Shown here: positions 24,401 through 39,400 of the stretch, piece by piece | Layout of the letters: each line of letters begins with the position of its first letter | Position numbering within the stretch: the stretch's first letter is position 1 | DNA from: Malacoraja senta | Lineage: Eukaryota | DNA length: 64,000 bases | Direction: 5' to 3' | Assembly (NCBI GenBank): GCA_038087875.1 | Contig: CM075992.1 | Span: forward strand, 11,100,001-11,164,000 | The notes under the pieces: model-generated | What the model was told of the DNA's origin: nothing | What the model saw: only the letters and a program-made list of their open reading frames with translations | Database searches by the model: none | Made by a program: the position numbers and the translations under genes

Positions 24401-27400
24401 TACAACCAACCAAGTGTCCTGGCCCAGTGCACTGATCCAGTGTAATGACCTAGTGTACCAACCCAATATACTGACTCAGCGCACAGGCCCAGTAAATCGA
24501 CCCAGTGAACCAGCCAGTTTACCACCCTGTGCAGCCCAGCTCAGGCTCATTAATTCCTTGTTGTTCTCTTGCATCACTTCCAGACTCTTTGTGCCATCAT
24601 CGCTGGATTCCTGCATTATTTCTTCCTGGCCTGTTTTTCCTGGATGCTCCTGGAAGGTGTGCAGCTTTACCTCATGCTGGTGAAAGTCTTCAATGCAAAG
24701 AGTCTGAGACCAACGTACATGTACTTGTTTGGCTACGGTTTCCCCCTGATTACTGTTGGCATCTCAGCAGCCGTGTTTTCCCAGGGATATGGAACAAAGG
24801 AGCAGTAAGTACGAAAACTGTAGATTTTTTTGCAGACATTGCACTCAGAGCACATTGAGTTTCCGTGACAGGAATAAACATGGTTGCCGGAGGAGGCCAT
24901 TCGATCCCTTGCACCTATTCTAACATTCAGTTGGACCATGACCAACCTACAACCTCAGGACCATTTTTTTGCACTGACCCTATTTTCCCCATATCCTTGA
25001 TATCCATCTCTGTCTGAAAACACTCAGCCACTGAGCCTGCAAAACCCACTTGGGGAGAGGATTGCAAAGGTTCTCCACCCACTAAGTGAAGATATTTCTT
25101 CCCATCTCCACATGCAGCATGGGAACAGGCCCTTCATCCCATGAGGTCAACCATCAAGCACCCTTTTATCCCAATCCTACACTGATCCCTATTTCTCTTC
25201 CCAAAATGTCCATCAACTGCTCCAGATCCCCAAGTCCCATTCCTGTATTGTACTGTTCCATGTTCTATGCTATCATTCATGGAATAATTTACAGCTACCT
25301 ATCAACCTACACGTGTTTGGGATGTTGATGGAGACTGCAGCACCCACGGGGATTTGCGTGGATTTAGGTGGAACGTGCAAACTCCACATAGGCATCACCC
25401 AAAGTCAGGATCAAACCCAGGTCTCTAGAACTGAGGCAACAGTTTCATTAGCCACTCTAATTATGATCCCTGGTTGCCTGGGGAAATACTATCCTTGCAT
25501 CTATTCTATCGCCATAGGAATTTCACATATTTTAATGGGATTGCATCCAACTCTTCTGAACTCTGGAGAGTAGAGGCCCAGTCTGCTGGTCTCGCTCCAG
25601 GCATTGAACTGGTGAACCTTCATTTCACTCAGTACGTCAGAGGTGTTCTCTTCCTTGGATAGGGAAACCCGGCTGATGCACCCACGTATATGTGTCTTAG
25701 AGTCAGAGATGTGCAGCACAGAAATGGGACCTTTGACCCACCATCAAAGGAAACATAAATCAGTCATGGTTCCTGAGGAATACGAAGAAATCTGGAAAAT
25801 ACTTGAACAAGAAATTAGGATGAGTAAAAGAAGCTTCGCAAATAGGGTCGAGGAGAGTTTCCAGGCATTTTGTATGTAAAGAGAAAGGGTTACTTGGTAA
25901 ACGGTAGGTCCACTCCAGGACAAAGGTGGGAATTGATGCCTGAAGCCAGAGAAATGGACAAGGTCCTTAATGTGTACTTAACATTAGCATTCCCCAAGAC
26001 GAAGGGCATGGATGATGTTGAGATTCAGGAGGGGTGCGTTGGTATTAGATTCAGAGGGTCATACAGCAAAGAAACAGGCCCTTCGGCCCACCTACCCCAT
26101 GCCAACCCAGATGCCCCATCTGCACTAGTCCAACCTGTCCATGTTTGGCACATCTCTCCTGTCCATGTACCTGTCCAAATGTATTTTACATTTTATTACA
26201 GTACCTGTCTCAACTATCCACTCTTTCAGGCCGTTGTATGTAACCACCACCCTCTCTGTGAAAAGTCCCCTCAGGTTCCTATCTTTCCCCTCTCACCTTA
26301 AGCAAATGTTGCCTGGTTCTTGATTCGCATACTCTAGATAAACTCTAGATATGTTTTCACCTTACCTATTCCCCTCATGATGTCATACACCTCCACAAGA
26401 TCACCCCTCTACCTATTGAGTTTCAAGGAATAAAGATCTAGCCTGCTCAACCATTCCCTACAGCTCAGGGCCTCGAGTGCCAACACCTCACCACACAGGT
26501 GAGGTGCCGCAAGTCTGAAGGGTGTGTCTCTATTTAAGAAGGGCTCGAAGGAAGAGAGTATTCTGAGGGATAGGATATATATGCATTAGACAGGAGCTAA
26601 TCAGGGCTAGTCTGCATGGTTAGGTACACGGAAGAGTGTGACTTACCAATCTAATTAAATTTTGAAGTAATCAAAGAGGCTGAAAAGGGCAAAGCCACAG
26701 ACATTGTCTACATTGGCTTCAGCAAGAGATTTGATGAGGTTCCGCATAGTAGGCTGCACTGGATCATTAGATCATATGTGATCCAGGGAGAGCCAACTGA
26801 CTGGATAGAGAATTAGCTTTGTGAAAGGAAGCAGAGTGTGATGGTGGAAGGTTCTCATTCAGAATGGAGGTCTGTGACTAGTGACATGCCAGAGAATTGT
26901 GAAGGCATGATGAGTAAGTTTGTAGATTACACTAAACTGGGTGATATAATAGATAGCGAAGATGTTTATTAAAAAAAATGCAGTGGTACAAGACATTGGT
27001 ACAAGACACTTAGAGTATTGTGTTCAGTTTTGGTCACCTGCTCCCACAAAAGATCTCCTTTATATTCAGCATGTGGTGGGTGCCTGGTACTTTATGCAGG
27101 GGAGGTGGTGGAAGCAGATGTGATAGCATGTTTAATGGGCATTGAAACAAATACACGAGAAGATAGGGAATGGTGGGATACAGACCATGCACAGACAGAT
27201 GGGAATGTTTATGTTTTCATCATGATCGGAGCAGACATGGTGGGATGAAGGTCTCTTTCAGTGATGTACTGTTCTTTGTTCAATGTTTTATGTCTGTACC
27301 AACCTATGTATCCATCTACAATACAAGAATGCCATTTGCCTGCATTAGTGCTGTATCCATCTAGGCCCTGCCTATTTATTTACTACAAACAAAGGTCCCA

Positions 27401-30400
27401 GCACCTATCCCTATGGTGCAACACTTTATACACACTCAGTCAGAAACACCTCATTCACCATTACCCTCTGCATCCTCTCACCAAGCGCAATGTGGCTCCA
27501 GTTTATGCCCCAGACAGAGTCAGAGTCATAGGGTGATACAGTGTGGAATCAGGCCCTTCGGCCTAACTCCCCTACACCGGCCAACAATGTCCCAGCTACA
27601 ATAGACCCACTTGCCTGCGACGTATGTACTGAAGTCTTCTGGATTCTATGTACCTTAATCTTCTGGATCAGCCCACCATGTGGGGCTTTGTCAAATGTCT
27701 TGCTGAAGTCCATATGGGCAACATCTTCTGTCCTCCTTCATCAATCTCTGTTGCCTCCTCGAAAAACCCCATCACAATTTCCCCACACAAATACATGCTG
27801 ACCAAACCTAACCATTCCTGCCTTTCCAAACATTTTCTGTCCCTCAGAACTCCCTCCAATATGTTCCCAACCACTGACACAAGGTTCACTCGCCTGTACT
27901 TATCTGGCTTACCACTTCTGCCTTAAAACAAAATCTTCTTGCGGTCAAAGCAACATAGTTTGCCTTCCTGACTGCCCCCTGCACCAGTACATTAACTTCC
28001 AGTGGTTTGTCTAGAAACATAGAAAATAGGTGCAGGAGTAGGCCATTCGGCCCTTCGAGCCAGCACTGCCATTCAATATGAGCATAGCTGATCATCCAGA
28101 ATCAGTACCCCATCCCTGCTTTCTCCCCATATACCTTCATTCCATTAGCTCTAAGACCTATATCCAACTCTCTCTTGAATACATCCAGTGAATTGGCCTC
28201 CACTGCCCTTTGAAGCAGAGAATGCCATGAATTCACAACTCTCTGGATGAAAAAGTCTTTCCTCATCTCAGTCCTAAATGGCCTACCTCCTTTTCTTAAA
28301 CTGTGACCCCTGGTTCTGGAATCCCCAAACATCGGGAAATTTTTTCCTGGATTTAGCCTGTTCAATCCCTTAAGAATTTTATATAAGATCCCATCTCATC
28401 CTTCTAAATTCCAGTGAATATAAGCCCAGTCGATTCAATGTTTCATCATATGTCAGTCCTGCCAACCCAGGAATTAACCGGGTGAATCTACACTGCACTC
28501 CCTCTATAGAATGTCCTTCCTCAAATTAGGAGGCCAAAACTGTACACAATGTACAACTGCTGAAGAACCAACTTGCTCCTATACTCAAATCCGCTCGCTA
28601 TGAAGGCCAACATGCCATTTGCTTTCTTCACGGCCTGCTGTACCTGCATGCTTACTTTCAGTGACTGATGTACAAGGACACCCAGGTCTCGTTGCACCTC
28701 CCCTTCTCCTAATCTGACACCATTCAGATAATCTGCCTTATTGTTTTTGCCAACAAAGTGGATAACCTCACATTTATCCACATTATACTGCATCTGCTAT
28801 GCATCTGCCCACTCACCCAACCTATCCAAATCACCCTGCAGCCTCATAGCATCCCCCTCGCAGGTCACACTGCTACCGAGATTTGTGTCATCCGCAAACT
28901 TGGAGATGTTACATTTAATTCCTTTGTCTAAATCATTAATATATATTGTATATTGTAAATATTGTCTACCAGGGATGGAGCAAGATCTTTCACCAACAGC
29001 CCCAACTTGTTCTCAAGGAGGTCACATGTGGCCTCTCTCCAGCTCAGGGGGAGGTGGGTTGGGGTGGGATAGGGAGACTGAGAGGCAGATATGAGGGGTG
29101 CAGTGGAGATGGATGGGATAAGGTCACTGATCAATCATCAAGGGAAAGAATATAGCTAAAAATGATAAAGCCCTTCCCAGCCACTACTCCCTGCAGCACA
29201 AAGACCAGAAGGCTCGAGGCCACCGACGGCAGGAGAACAAAGAAGGGAAGAGATTGAACTTGTTTTTGCCTTCCATCACAGTGAGGAATGTGGAGGAGTC
29301 ACTGTGGTGGATGTTTATGTTAAAATGTATTTTGTGTGTCTCGGTATGACTGTATGACTGTATGGCAAATCAAATTTCTCGTATATTGCAAAACATACTT
29401 GGCTAATAAAGTATGATAATGATTATGAAGACCAACAGTGCCAAGCTGGGTCCACACAGAATTGAGTGAGGTAGCAATGTACCCATGACGGGAATAGTCG
29501 ATCCCTGCCAAGCCTCACACATGGCAGGGTGGCTGTCTGAGCAGCAATGTTACTGGTGTGGGAACATTCCTGTACGTGTGTGTGTGTGTGTGTGCAAAGT
29601 GTAAACATTTTACAGTGTCATTTTGAAATAACATTTTTTTACTCTTTCCCCAGTTGTTGGTTGGATCTAAACTCGGGATTTATCTCGGCTTTCCTGGCTC
29701 CGGTCTGTGTGATTATTCTGGTAAGTTTGGAAAAATATGAAACAGAGAATGTCTGTTGAATTCAGAATGTGAGCTGATGGGTTTTGGAACCACTAATGAT
29801 GATAGGACATCAACCATGAATGGCAGGTCGGAGGAACAGAGGGGCCTTGGAGCATTAACCTGTGCTGTAATCTTGGGTATTAATATTTAGCAGTATCGGA
29901 TTGGATGAAAGTTCTCCAAAGAGCAATGGTAAAGATTATGTCTATCACTGGTTTTCGTGATAAATCTTTAGACAGTCCATAAATATTTGTAGATTCACAA
30001 TGCATATGAAAAGATTTGAAGTAATCCACTCAGGGCTGATGGAACACTACGGTAATATCTACATCACTGTCTTTTTGCCCACCTACTGACTTGCAGCGGA
30101 GAGGCATGCACTGCGGACGATCTCCGCGGAGGCACAGATGTGGCACAGGCTGTGGCAAAGCGATGGCAGAACGTCGTCTGACACACGAGTGGACAAACTG
30201 TCTTTTAAAAAATGATTGTTGAGGATCAATGTAGAGGCAAACATGCCCAAATGGAACTATTTATGCACTGCTAGATGTTTCTATGAAAATGGAAATGAAT
30301 TAAAGATAACATCTGCTGCAGTTGTATAGTGCCCTAGTGAGACCACACCTGGAGTATTGGGTGCAGTTTTGGTCCCCTAATTTGAGGAAGGACATTCTTG

Positions 30401-33400
30401 CTATTGAGGGAGTGCAGCGTAGGTTCAAAAGGTTAATTCCTGGGATAGTGGGACTGTCATGTGCTGAGAGAATGGAGCGGCTGGGGTTGTATAATCTGGA
30501 GTTTAGAAGGATGAGAGGGTATCTTATTGAAACATATAAGATTATTAAGGGTTTGAACACGCTAGAGGCAGGAAACATGTTCCCGATGTTGGGGGAGTCC
30601 AGAACCAGGGGCCACAGTTTCAGAATAAGGGGTAAACCATTTAGAACGGAGACGAGGAAACACTTTTTCTCACAGAGAGTTGTGAGTCTGTGGATTCTCT
30701 GCCTCAGAGGGCGGTGGAGGCCGGTTCTCTGGATACTTTCAAGAGAGGGCTAGATAGGGCTCTTAAAGATAGCGGAGTCAGGGGATATGGGGAGAAGGCA
30801 GGAACGGGGTTCTGATTGGGGATGATCAGCCATGATCACATTAAATGGCGGTGCTGGCTCGAAGGGCCGAATGGCCTACTCCAGCACCTATTGTCTATTG
30901 TCTATTGATTTTCCAATACTCCTCTATGTACCTGAAACCAGCTGTTATGGCCTTGCCTCTTCCCATTCATGCTAAGTTCAAAGCACAAGCTCCCCAGTGA
31001 GGCAAAAGTAAAGTATTAAATACAAAAATATGAGTGTCAGCACCCACCTTCGCAGCCTCTGTTGTCTGTGAAGTTACGTTGTTTGCTCGGGTGGAAATAT
31101 CCTGCCTTACAGATACAGTAGTAGTTTCCCACTGTGTTGTGACTGTCAAGAGAGAGCTAGATAGGGCTGTTAAAGATAGCGGAGTCAGGGGATATGGGGA
31201 GAAGGCAGGAACGGGGTACTGATTGGGGATGATCAGCCATGATCACATTGAATGGCGGTGCTGGCTCGAAGGGCCGAATGGCCTATTCCTACACCTATTG
31301 TCTATTATCAAGAAAATATTATTTCAATAAATCACTGTCTTAATCGGAATAATGTGGCTTTTTCTTTTCTTGGAAGGTCAATGGAGGATTTTTTATTATC
31401 ACTGTGTTGAAACTGGCTGAAAAGTTTTCAAGTATCAATCCTGATATGGGCCAGTTGAAGAAAATCAGGTGAGAACAACTGGTCTGGCTGCTGGTACCTT
31501 CCTTGGTTGATACGGTATACAGGTCATGCAAATGGCCAGCAGTTGTCCTGTTCCCATCCTTTTCCCATTATTCACATGAAGCTGCTGGTGCTGACAGGTC
31601 CTAGAGTCATACTGCATGGAAACAGGCCCTTTGGCCCAACTCGTCCATGCTGACCAAGATGTCCCATCTAAGCCATTCCCATTTGCTGTTCTGATTTGGG
31701 ATTCACGCACTGATAGCTGGGCCCTTTCCAAACTTACCAAAAGGGGAAATAACATCAGGCAGATAGAGTGGACCAGATAGAGAACAGTCGGCTCCAGGGT
31801 CATAGGTTATGTACCACACGTGGAAGGTCAAGCATGTGAATCACTCAGTTGTCATTCCTGTCCTGTTATCTGTCGAGGTTTCTGAATGTGCTTAGGGGAT
31901 GGGCATTCTCTAGTTACACCTCAGTGTGAGAAGGAATCAGCTTTGCATTATTCTGTTTGAAACAAACATTTCTCAGCAGAGGTCAACAATCATTTTTTCT
32001 TTTCCAATAAATCCTTTGATGTTTGGTGTGCCACAAGTCATGGCTCACTTATTGTATCAGCTGACTGGCTGATATCTCTATCGCTGCAGTCTGTGCATTG
32101 AAGTCAAAACAAATAATTGAAAGAGAGGATCTAGAAGCAGCAGGAAGTTTATATTGCACCTTAAAGTATGCACTGTAGTGGGTGACACAAAGTAAAGTAT
32201 TGTCGCATTCAGCTTCTCGTGCCTCTTGTTTTAGGGTCTTTACCTTCACTGCTGTCGCTCAGCTCTGCCTCCTGGGATGTACTTGGATATTTGGCATGTT
32301 GCACTTCCGGACGGAAACAATTGTCATGGCCTACATCTTCACTGTGATCAACAGCATGCAAGGAATGTTCATCTTCATCCTGCACTGCCTCCTTAACAAG
32401 CAGGTAAGTCCCCTTGAATTTGTTCAGCAACGTTCACTCAAACAGTATGTAGATGGCCAACCAGAGAGAGGGCAACACTGGACGTTCCATTGGGGAATGA
32501 GGCTGGGCAAGTGACTGGCCTGTGTGGGCGAGCACATTGTGACCAGTCACCAGAATTATGGACTCAAGTCAACGGTATAGCCATGGGCATTCACATAGGC
32601 CCCAGCTATGCCTGCCTTTATTGAAATTGGCAGCTGCAGGATTAATAAGGTTATCATAGAAGGGGATTTTAACTTTCCAAATATTAACTGGGAATATCAT
32701 AGTGCAAAAGGTTTAGACAGTGTAGAATTGGTCAAATATATTCAGGAACATTTCCTCCGGCAATATAAAGAGAGCCCTTCTCCAGAGAAGGCAATGCTTG
32801 ATCCCGTCTTCGGAAATTGGAATGGACAAGTGGATGAAGTGTTCATGGATGAGCCTTTTGGGACCAGCGGCCATTGTCTATTAGGTTGAGATTAGTTAAG
32901 GGTAGAGACCAGGTGGGCCCACGAATTAAAATCCTAAATTGGGGCAAGGCCAACATTGAAGGTATTAGACAGAAACTTGCTCATGTTGGTTTGAGAAGGT
33001 TGTTTGAAGGAAAAGGACCATCCAGAAATGGGATGTTTGTAAACATCTGCTGACAAGAAGCCATGACCTTCATGTTCCTGTTAGAGCGAACGGTAACGCA
33101 GGCAAACATAAGGCAGCTTGGATTATGTGAGAAATTGAGGCTCAGGTCAAGTGTAAGGAGGCATGAGACAGGTATAGGCAGCTGGGATCAAGTGTATCCC
33201 TAGAGGAATTTTGGGAACTGAGGAGCAAGCTAAAAAAGGAAATCGGGAGGGCAAAAATGGTGTAGTAAAGACAAATAATATTAAGAATAATTGCAAGAGA
33301 TTTTATAAGTACTTTATGGGGAAAAGGGTAGCGAGAATGGGAACCCTCAAGAATCAAAGTGGTCAATTCTGTGTGAAACTACAAGAGATGGGCAAGGTCT

Positions 33401-36400
33401 ATAATATTTCTCCTCAGTTTTTAATAGTGGAGACAGACATTAGGACCGGGGAACTTGGGGCAGTCAATGGAAATGTCTTCAAGGTTTCAAGGTCAGTTTA
33501 TTGTCACATGTACCAATTAAGGTACAATGATATTTGAGTTACCATACAGCCATACCAAGTGAAAAGCAACAAGACACACAGCCACATAAAAGTTAACATA
33601 AACATCCATCACAGTGGATTCCACATTCCTCACTGTGATGGAAGGCAATAAAGTTCAATCTTCTTCCTCTTTGTTCTCCCGCGGTCGGGGCAGACAAACC
33701 ATCCGCAATCGGGGCGATCGCAGCGACGATCAAAGCCCCCATCAGGGTGACCGAAACTCCCACATCGGGGCGGTTGAAAGGCTTGAGGGCAGTATTATGG
33801 TCGAAGAGGTATGAAGGTAGACAAATATCCCGGGCCTGATCAGATTTATACAAGGACACTGTGAGAAACTAGAGAAGAAATTGCAGGTGCCCTGGCTGAG
33901 ATTTACGGTTTGTAATTAAATACAGGGAAGGTGCCAAATGACAGGAGCATGGCAAATGTTGAGCCTCTTTTTAAGAAGGGCTGCAGAGAAAAGCCAGGGA
34001 ACTACAGGCCAGTGTCTAACATGTGTGGTTGGCAAGTTACTAGAGAGTATTTCGAGGGATGATATACATGCATTGAGACGGGCAGGGGCTGATTAGGGAT
34101 AAGCAGCATGATTTTGTACGTGGGAGATCATGTCTCACAAATCTGATTTTTGAAGATGTAACCAAAAAGTTTGATGAGGGCAGAGCTGTAAACATTGTAT
34201 ATATGGATTTCAGCCAGGCATTTGACAAGGTTCCGCATGGTAGACTGCTCTTGAAGGTTAGATCAACTTGGATCGAAGGAGAGCCAGCTGACTGAATAGA
34301 AAACTGGCTTCAGGGAAGGAAGCAGAGGGTGATGGTGGAAGGTTGCTTTTTGCACTGGAAGCCTGTGACCAGTGGTGTACCTCAGGGTTCAGTGCTGGGC
34401 CCATTGCTGTTTGTCATCTGTATCAATTATTTGGATGAGAACGTACAAGGCATGGTTAGTAAGTTTGCAGATGACACTAAAGAGGGTGATATTGTAGATA
34501 ACGAGATGGTTGTCAAAACATGCAGCAGGATCTTGATTGGTTGGGCAGGTGGGCTGAGGATTCGTTAATGAAGTTTAATAAATGTAAGTGCGAGGTGTTG
34601 CAGGGGGGGAAGTAATCAGTGCAGGACCTACACAGTGAATGGCAGGACTCTGGGGAGTATTGTAGAGCAGAGGGATCTAGGGGTTCAGGTACATAGTTCC
34701 TCGAAAGTGACATCACAAATAGATAGGGTGGTCAAGAAGGCTTTCGACACATTGGCCTGAATGTAGACGTTGGGAGGTCTTGTTACAATTGTTCAAGACA
34801 TTGGTGAGGCCACATTTAGACTATTGTGTTCAGTTTTGGTCACCCTGTCAGAGGAATCATGTTAAGCTGGAAAGGGTGCAGAAAATATTCACGAGGTTGT
34901 TGCCAGACTCGAGGACCTGAGCTAGAGGGAGAGGTTGATCAGGCTAGGACTTTATTCCTGTGAGCACAGGAGGATGAGGGATGATCTTAGAGAGGTGTAT
35001 AAGATCATGAGAGGACTAAATAGGGTAAATGTAGTCTTTTACCCAGAGAAAGGGAATCGAAAACAAGAGGACATAGGTTTAAGGTGAGGGGGAAAAGATT
35101 TAATAGGATCCTGAGTGGCAAATCTTTTACACAAAGGGTGGTAGGTATATGGAACAAGCTGCCGGAGGAAGTAGTCGAACCATTTACTATTACAAGGTTT
35201 AAGAAACATCTAGACAGGTACATGGATAGAATAGGTGTAAAGGAATACGGGCTAAAAGCAGGCAGGTGGGAGTAGTGTAGATGGGGCGTGGGTAAGTTGG
35301 GCCAAAGGACCTGCTTATACGCTCTATGATTTTCTAACATTGAACATAGAACAGTGTAGCACAAGAACAGGCCCTTCGGCCCATAGTGTCCGTGCCTAAC
35401 ATGTTGCCAAGATCAACTCTGATCTGCCTTCATATAATCCATTTGTTTCAATTTCCTGCATATCCATGTGAATATATAAAAGACTCTTAAATGCCACCAT
35501 TGTATCTGCCTGAACCACCAAACCCAGCAACTCATTCCAGACACTTAGCTTTTGTGTAAAAAAACCTGACTCGCACATCTCAGAGTCTTATAGCGCATAA
35601 CAGGCCCTTCGGCCCAACTCATCCATGCTGAGCAGAATGTCTAGTCTAAGCTAGTCCCATTTACACGTTGGGCCTATATCCTTCTATACATAGAAACATA
35701 GAAAATAGGTGCAGGAGGAGGCCATTTGGCCCTTCGAGCCAACACCGCCATTCATTGTGATCATGGCTGATCGTCCCCAATCAATAACCCATGCCTGCCT
35801 TCTCCACATATCCCTCGTTTCCACTGGCCACTTGAGCTCCATCCATCTCTCTCTTAAATCCACCCAGTGACTTGGCCTCCACTGCCCTCTGTGGCAGGGA
35901 ATTCCACAAATTCACAACTCTCTGGGTGAAAACGTTTTTTCTCACCCAAGTCCAAAATGGCTTCCCCTTTATTCCAAGACTGTGGCCCCTGGTTCTGGAC
36001 TCACCCAACATTGGGAACATTTTTCCTGCATTTAGCTTGTCCAGTCCTTTTATAATTTTATATACTAAAGTTATTTATAGTATATAGTTTTAAACTAAAT
36101 AAGGGGGGGGGGGTGGTGGTGTCAAATGGGATAGTCAAGGATGGAGTTAAAGGGAAAGCGAGCAAAGGGATAGTTAATGACCCCAGAATTAATGGGAAAG
36201 AAAGCTCACAAAGGGATAGGAGAGTATGGCCAAGTGTAATAGGGATCGATGTGAAAGGTGAGATGCGTAAGGAATTAAAAGTATTGTATTTGAATGCGCA
36301 AAGTATAAGGAGTAAAGTAGATGAGCTTGAGGCTCAGTTAGAGGTTGGTAGATATGACATTGTAGGGATTACTGAGATGTGGCTGCAGGAGGATCGGGCC

Positions 36401-39400
36401 TGGGAACTTAATATTCAGGGTTATACATCCTATAGAAAGGACAGGCAGGTGGGCAGAGGGGGGTAGCTTTGCTGGCGAGGGATGGAATTCAGTCCTTTGC
36501 GAGGGAAGACATAGGGACTGACGAGGTAGAGTCACTGTGGATTGAGTTGAGGAAATGCAGACTCAAGAAGACACTAATTGGTGTTATCTACAGACCCCCA
36601 AATAGTAGCCCGGATGTAGGGTGTAAGTTGCAGCAGGAGTTAAAACTGGCATGTAACAATTGTAATGCCACAGTGGTGATGGGGGATTTCAATATGCAGG
36701 TAGTCTAGGAAAATCAGGTTGGTTCAGGACCCCAAGAAAGAGAGTTTGTAGAGTGCCTCCGAGATGGATTCTTAGAGCAGCTTGTAATGGAGCCGACCAG
36801 AGAAAAGGCAATTCTGGATTTAGTGTTGTCCAATGAACCAGATTTGATAAGAGAACTCAAGGTAAAGGAACCGCTTAGGGTAGTGATCATAATAGGATTA
36901 GTTTTAATCTGCAATTTGAGAAGGAGAAGGTTAAATTGGAAGTGTCAGTGATGCAATTGAACAAAGGGGACTATGAAGGCATGAGAGAGGAGCTGGTTAA
37001 GGTAGACTGGAAAGGGGTGCTAGTAGGAATGATGGTGGAACACCAAAGGCAGAATTATCTGGGCATAATCTGGAAGCCACAGGATCATTTCATTCCAAAA
37101 AGGAAGAAAGATTCTACAGGGAGTAGGAGACAACTGTGGTTGACAAGAGAAGTTAGGGATAGAATAAAATTAAAAAGAAAAGATGTATAACACAGCAAAG
37201 AGTAGTCGGAAGCCAAAGGATTGGGAAACTTTCATTGGACACCAGAAGGAAACAAAATGGGCAATACAGTCTGAACAGATGAAGTATGAAGGGAAGGTGG
37301 CCAGGAATATAAAGAAGGACAGTAAAAGCTTCTTTAGATATGTTAAGGGAAAAAGAGTAGCAAAATCAGATGTGGGTTCCTTGAAGGCAGACACAGGGGA
37401 AATTATTATGGGGAACAAGGAAATGGCAGAGGAGTTGAACAGGTACTTTGGATCCGTCTTCACTGAGGAAGACACTAACAATCTCCCTGAAGTACTGGAG
37501 GACAGAGGATCAAAGGGGGTAGAGGAACTGAAAGAAATTATCATTAGGCGAGAAATAGTATTGGGTAGGATAATGGGACTGAAGGATGATAAATCCCCCT
37601 GGGCCTGATGGTCTGCATGCCATGGTCCTCAGGAAGGTGGCTCTAGAAATAGTGGACGCACTGATGATCATTTTCCAATGTTCAATAGATTCAGGATCAG
37701 TTCCTGTGCATTGGAGGATAGTTAATGTTATCCCACTTTTCAAGAAAGGAGCGAGAGAGAGAAAACAGAGAATTACAGACCAGTTAGCCTGACTTTGGTG
37801 GTGGGAAAGATGCTAGAGTCAATCATTAAAGAGGTAATAATGGGGCATTTGGATAGCAGTAAAAGGATTACTCCAAGTCAACATGGATTTATGAAAGGAA
37901 AATCATGCTTGACTAATCTTCTGGAATTTTTTGAGGATGTGACAAGCAAAATGGATATAGTTTATCTAGACTTTCAGAAAGCCTTTGATAAGGTCCCGCA
38001 TGGGAGATGGTGACTAAAATTAGAGTACATGGTATTGTAAGGTGTTGACATGGATAGAAAATTGGTTGGCAGACAGGAAGCAAAGAGTAGGAGTGAACGG
38101 TACTTTTCAGAATGGCAGGCAGTGGCGAGTGGAGTGTCGCAAGGCTCGGTGTTGTGGTCGCAACTGTTTACCATATATATTAATGATTTGGAAGAGGGAA
38201 TTAGGAGCAACACTAGCAAATTTGCGGATGACACAAAGCTGGGTTGCAATGTGAACTGTGAAGAGGATGTTAGGAGGTTGCTGGGTGACCTGGACAGGTT
38301 GAGTGTGTGGGCAGATGCATGGCAGATGCAGTATAATATAGATAAATGTGAGGTTATCCACTTTGGTTGTAAAAACAAGGGGGCAGATTATTATCTCAAT
38401 GGGGTTAGGTTAGATAAGGGTGAGGTACGGCGAGACCTGGGTATCCTTGTACACCGGTCACTGAAAGTTGGCGTGCAGGTACAGCAGGCAGTGAAGAAAG
38501 CTAATGTAATGTTGGCCTTCATAGCAAGAGGATTTCGGTATAGGACTAGAGAGGTTCTTCTGCAGTTGTATAGGGCTCTGGTAAGACCACATCAGGTGTA
38601 TTGTGTACAGTTTTGGTCTCCTAATTTGAGGAAGTACATCCTTGTGATTGAGGAAGTACAGCGTAGGTTCACGAGATTGATCCCTGGGATGGCGGGACTG
38701 TCATATGAGGAAAGATTGAAAAGACTAGGCTTGTGTTCACTGGAGTTCAGAAGGATGAGTGGGGATCTTATAGAAACATATAAAATTATAAAAGGACTGG
38801 GCAAGCTAGATGCAGGAAAATTGTTCCCAATGTTGGGCGAGTCCAGAACCAGGGGCCACAGACTTAGAATAAAGTGGAGGCCATTTAAGACGGAGGTGAG
38901 AAAAAACTTTTTCACCCAGAGAGTTCTGAATTTGTGGAATTCTCTGCCACAGAGGGCAGTTGAGGCCAAATCACTGGATGCATTTCAGAGAGAGTTAGAT
39001 AGAGCTCTTGGGGCTGGCAGAATCACGGGATATGGGGAGAAGGCAGGCACGGGTTATTGATTGGGGATGATCAGCCATGATCACAATGAATGCCGGTGCT
39101 GGCTCAAAGGGCCAAATGGCCTCCTCGTGCACCTATTTTCTATGTTTCTAAATGTTTCTATAAGATCCCCCTCATCCTTCTAAACTCCAGTGAACACAAG
39201 CCTAGTCTTTTCAATCTTTCCTCATATGACAGTCCCGCCATCCCAGGGATCAATCTCGTGAACCTACGCTGCACTGCCTCAATCACAAGGATGTCCTTCC
39301 TCAAATTAGGACACAATACTCCAGATGTGGTCTCACCAGAGCCCTATACAACTGCAGAAGAACCTATTTACTCCTTTACTGAAATCCTCTTGTTATGAAG

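Noticed and set aside
31048..31144. An intact second EGF gene nested on the minus strand
   Set aside because: No acceptor, no N-terminal half of the EGF domain and no other minus-strand exons found; kept only as an orphan fragment.
38050..39060. 336-aa ORF as a host gene
   Set aside because: C-terminal CR1 RT; the upstream part is frameshifted.
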